Source of the DNA: Eledone cirrhosa
Taxonomy: Eukaryota
Reading direction: 5' to 3'
Assembly: GCA_964016885.1 (NCBI GenBank)
Contig: OZ024764.1
Location: 1,116,001 to 1,180,000 of the forward strand
DNA: 64,000 nt
In this document: positions 59,259 through 64,000 of the stretch, one piece after another
How positions within the stretch are numbered: the stretch's first letter is position 1
Layout: each line of letters starts with the position of its first letter
Made by a program: the position numbers and the translations under genes
The notes under the pieces: model-generated
Databases searched by the model: none
What the model saw: only the letters and a program-made list of their open reading frames with translations
Told to the model about the DNA's origin: nothing

Positions 59259-59556
59259 AATATGTGTGTAAAAAGTAAACAGAAATAGCAAAGCAAACGG
59301 CACGGTACATTGAAGAAATACATTAGTTTAACGCTTGAAATAGAAGGAAAAGAGTCTAAACATTTCAGACACTAGTCCTTCATCAGAAGATAGAGTTAGA
59401 AATAGATGATAAATAGAAAGATAGAGTGAGGAGAGGAAGGAACAGGGGGGGAAATGAGGGGGGGAAATATATATACATATTCAGTCAGTCATTTTAGAGA
59501 TATATATAGTAATAATAAATATAAAAACCAAAACCCAAAGAGGACTCAATAGGGGC

Positions 59557-59605
<49 letters not shown>

Positions 59606-59756
59606 CACATACAATGATATATATATATATATATATATATGATATAGAATGATATATAAATCCGTTGAGCAAATATTGATTATTAGTACAGATTAAAAGT
59701 TTAAGCAAAAACCTTCTCCTTTCAACTGATATCATCTGAAGCAATTATTAAATTAA

Positions 59757-62700
59757 TTCTCCCACACTTCTTATTTATTACACAATAGGGTCCCTTACAT
59801 GTGTTTCAAAACAATTAAGTAATAGCCTATGAAAGCTAAAATATATCTTATATATTTTACTCTCTCACACTGCTTATTTATTGCACAATAGGGACTTTTA
59901 TATGTGTTTCTATGCAATTATGTAATAGCCTATGATAGCTAAAATATATCTTATATATTTCACTCTCTCACACTGCTTATATATTGCACAATAGGGTCTC
60001 TTACACGTGTTTCTATGCAATTAAGTAATAGCCTATGATAGCTAAAATATATCTTATATATTTCACTCTCTCACACTGCTTATATATTGCACAATAGGGT
60101 CTCTTACATGTGTTTCTATGCAATTAAGTAATAGCCTATGATAGCTAAAATATATCTTATATATTTCACTCTCTCACACTGCTTATATATTGCACAATAG
60201 GGTCTCTTACATGTGTTTCTATGCAATTAAGTAATAGCCTATGATAGCTAAAATATATCTTATATATTTCACTCTCTCACACTGCTTATATATTGCACAA
60301 TAGGGTCTCTTACATGTGTTTCTATGCAATTAAGTATTAGCCTATGATAGCTAAAATATATCTTATATATTTCACTCTCTCACACTGCTTATATATTGCA
60401 CAATAGGGTCCCTTACATGTGTTTCTATGCAATTAAGTATTAGCCTATGATAGCTAAAATATATCTTATATATTTCACTCTCTCACACTGCTTATATATT
60501 GCACAATAGGGTCTCTTACATGTGTTTCTATGCAATTAAGTATTAGCCTATGATAGCTAAAATATATCTTATATATTTCACTCTCTCACACTGCTTATAT
60601 ATTGCACAATAGGGTCTCTTACATGTGTTTCTATGCAATTAAGTAATAGCCTATGATAGCTAAAATATATCTTATATATTTCACTCTCTCACACTGCTTA
60701 TATATTGCACAATAGGGTCCCTTACACGTGTTTCTATGCAATTAAGTAATAGCCTATGATAGCTAAAATATATCTTATATATTTCACTCTCTCACACTGC
60801 TTATATATTGCACAATAGGGTCTCTTACATGTGTTTCTATGCAATTAAGTAATAGCCTATGATAGCTAAAATATATCTTATATATTTCACTCTCTCACAC
60901 TGCTTATATATTGCACAATAGGGTCCCTTACATGTGTTTCTATGCAATTAAGTAATAGCCTATGATAGCTAAAATATATCTTATATATTTCACTCTCTCA
61001 CACTGCTTATATATTGCACAATAGGGTCCCTTACATGTGTTTCTATGCAATTAAGTATTAGCCTATGATAGCTAAAATATATCTTATATATTTCACTCTC
61101 TCACACTGCTTATATATTGCACAATAGGGTCTCTTACATGTGTTTCTATGCAATTAAGTATTAGCCTATGATAGCTAAAATATATCTTATATATTTCACT
61201 CTCTCACACTGCTTATATATTGCACAATAGGGTCTCTTACATGTGTTTCTATGCAATTAAGTAATAGCCTATGATAGCTAAAATATATCTTATATATTTC
61301 ACTCTCTCACACTGCTTATATATTGCACAATAGGGTCCCTTACACGTGTTTCTATGCAATTAAGTAATAGCCTATGATAGCTAAAATATATCTTATATAT
61401 TTCACTCTCTCACACTGCTTATATATTGCACAATAGGGTCTCTTACATGTGTTTCTATGCAATTAAGTAATAGCCTATGATAGCTAAAATATATCTTATA
61501 TATTTCACTCTCTCACACTGCTTATATATTGCACAATAGGGTCCCTTACATGTGTTTCTATGCAATTAAGTAATAGCCTATGATAGCTAAAATACATCTT
61601 ATATATTTCACTCTCTCACACTGCTTATATATTGCACAATAGGGTCTCTTACATGTGTTTCTATGCAATTAAGTAATAGCCTATGATAGCTAAAATATAT
61701 CTTATATATTTCACTCTCTCACACTGCTTATATATTGCACAATAGGGTCTCTTACATGTGTTTCTATGCAATTAAGTAATAGCCTATGATAGCTAAAATA
61801 CATCTTATATATTTCACTCTCTCACACTGCTTATATATTGCACAATAGGGTCTCTTACATGTGTTTCTATGCAATTAAGTAATAGCCTATGATAGCTAAA
61901 ATACATCTTATATATTTCACTCTCTCACACTGCTTATATATTGCACAATAGGGTCCCTTACATGTGTTTCTATGCAATTAAGTAATAGCCTATGATAGCT
62001 AAAATACATCTTATATATTTCACTCTCTCACACTGCTTATATATTGCACAATAGGGTCTCTTACATGTGTTTCTATGCAATTAAGTAATAGCCTATGATA
62101 GCTAAAATACATCTTATATATTTCACTCTCTCACACTGCTTATATATTGCACAATAGGGTCTCTTACATGTGTTTCTATGCAATTAAGTAATAGCCTATG
62201 ATAGCTAAAATATATCTTATATATTTCACTCTTCCACACTGCTTATTTACATTAGCATAACATATCGAATCTTTATTGGTATATTACAATTGTTTCAATA
62301 TCGATCATGACCGACCCTGACTCTATATCCACATCTCATCAGATATATATATATAAAACACAGAGATGCTATGAAGGAACTTATGAAATGGGGTGAAGTC
62401 TCTTAAAAGATGGAAAAAGATGAATAAGGTATAAGGAAACCCTAGGTCCCTTTCACATGTTTCTATGCAATTATGTAATAGCCTATGAAAGCTAAAATAT
62501 ATCTTATATATTTCACTCTTCCACACTGCTTATTTATTACATTATAGTGACTTTTACATGTGTTTATATGCAATTATGCCGTAGCCTATGAAAGCTAAAA
62601 TATATCTTATATATTTCACTCTCTCACACTGCTTATTTATTACACAATAGGGACTCTTACATGTGTTTCTACGCAATTATGTATTAGCCTATGATAGCTA

Positions 62701-64000
62701 AAATATATCTTATATATTTCACTCTCTCACACTGCTTATTTATTACACAATAGGGTCTCTTACATGTGTTTCTACGCAATTATGTATTAGCCTATGATAG
62801 CTAAAATATATCTTATATATTTCACTCTCTCACACTGCTTATATATTGCACAATAGGGTCTCTTACATGTGTTTCTACGCAATTATGTATTAGCCTATGA
62901 TAGCTAAAATATATCTTATATATTTCACTCTCTCACACTGCTTATTTATTACACAATAGGGACTCTTACATGTGTTTCTACGCAATTATGTAATAGCCTA
63001 TGAAAGCTAAAATATATCTTATATATTTCACTCTCTCACACTGCTTATTTATTACATTATAGTGACTTTTACATGTGTTTATATGCAATTATGCCATAGC
63101 CTATGAAAGCTAAAATATATCTTATATATTTCACTCTCTCACACTGCTTATTTATTACACAATAGGGACTCTTACATGTGTTTCTACGCAATTATGTATT
63201 AGCCTATGATAGCTAAAATATATCTTATATATTTCACTCTCTCACACTGCTTTTTTACATTAGCACGTCATATATCTTTAGAATATGAAATCAAAATAGG
63301 GTGCAAGGCAGACGACAAGAAAGATTTATTGCCCAATAGGTTCTCTTCCATATGTTTCTATGCAATTATGTAATAGCCTACAAAAGCTGTAATATATGTT
63401 ATATATTTCACTCTCCAGCACTGCTTATTTACATTAACATATCATATCATATCTTTATTGGTATACTACAAATGTTTCAATATCAATCAGCTCAGGTTAC
63501 AATCATAATGGGTATAATAATTATATATATATATAATGGTTAAAGTGTTTAGCTGGTATCTGAGAGATGTGGGGTTCGATTCCTCAAATGTATAAAGTGA
63601 ATAGGGTATGAAGAAAATCTAGGCAAAGTCTGTTGAAATTCCAAGAAAGATTTATTACACAATAGGGTCTCTTACACGTGTTTCTATGCAATTATGTAAT
63701 GGCCTATGAAAGCTAAAATATATCTTATATATTATATTTCACTCTCCCACACTGCTTTTTTACATTAGCATTTCATCCTGTATCTTTACTGCCCTGTTAC
63801 AATCATTTCCATGCCGATCAGCTCAGATATATTTATATATATATAAAATACAGAGATGCTATGAAAGAACTTATGAAATGGAGTGAAGCCCCTTAAAAGA
63901 CGGAAAAATATGAAAAAGGTATAAGAAAAAGCTAGGTCCCTTACACATTTCTATGCAATTGTGTAATAGCCTATGATAGCTAAAATATATCTTATATATT
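59757..64000. repeat. 103-bp AT-rich satellite with interruptions
   Basis: Unit ctctctcacactgcttatatattgcacaatagggtctcttacatgtgtttctatgcaattaagtaatagcctatgatagctaaaatatatcttatatatttca; ~24 units to 62247 and more to the window end; interrupting block 62335-62450 recurs at 63825-63940. Confidence 0.96.

Overview
AT-rich, microsatellite-laden eukaryotic DNA. The SINE/LINE/MITE repertoire suggests an octopod cephalopod (inferred, not verified). One protein-coding gene can be assembled: a six-exon, tail-anchored cytochrome b5 on the + strand (CDS 4459-4680, 21988-22024, 27466-27557, 28683-28706, 33533-33570, 37839-37929; 504 nt, 167 aa, all introns GT-AG with matching phases). The rest is repeats: CR1-, RTE- and L1/Tx1-type LINE fragments, two tRNA-derived SINE families, a bipartite non-autonomous RTE derivative, non-autonomous Helitrons, a piggyBac-like MITE and about ten tandem arrays, many amplified from pieces of those elements. 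The most striking unannotated signal is about 20 type-I hammerhead ribozyme motifs (about 12 with intact CUGANGA/GAAA cores). Many occur as outward-facing pairs in 100-600 bp palindromes, as expected for non-autonomous Penelope-like elements, and several share a downstream TTGAGTGCT motif. Other points of interest: a genomic Ser codon (AGC, UAG context) at the conserved Gly next to the second heme-ligating His, which one A-to-I edit would restore; an array of five equal-length hairpins at 53.4-53.9 kb; and structured minus-strand segments upstream of the gene. Nearly all listed ORFs outside the LINEs and cyb5 exon 1 are repeat artefacts.
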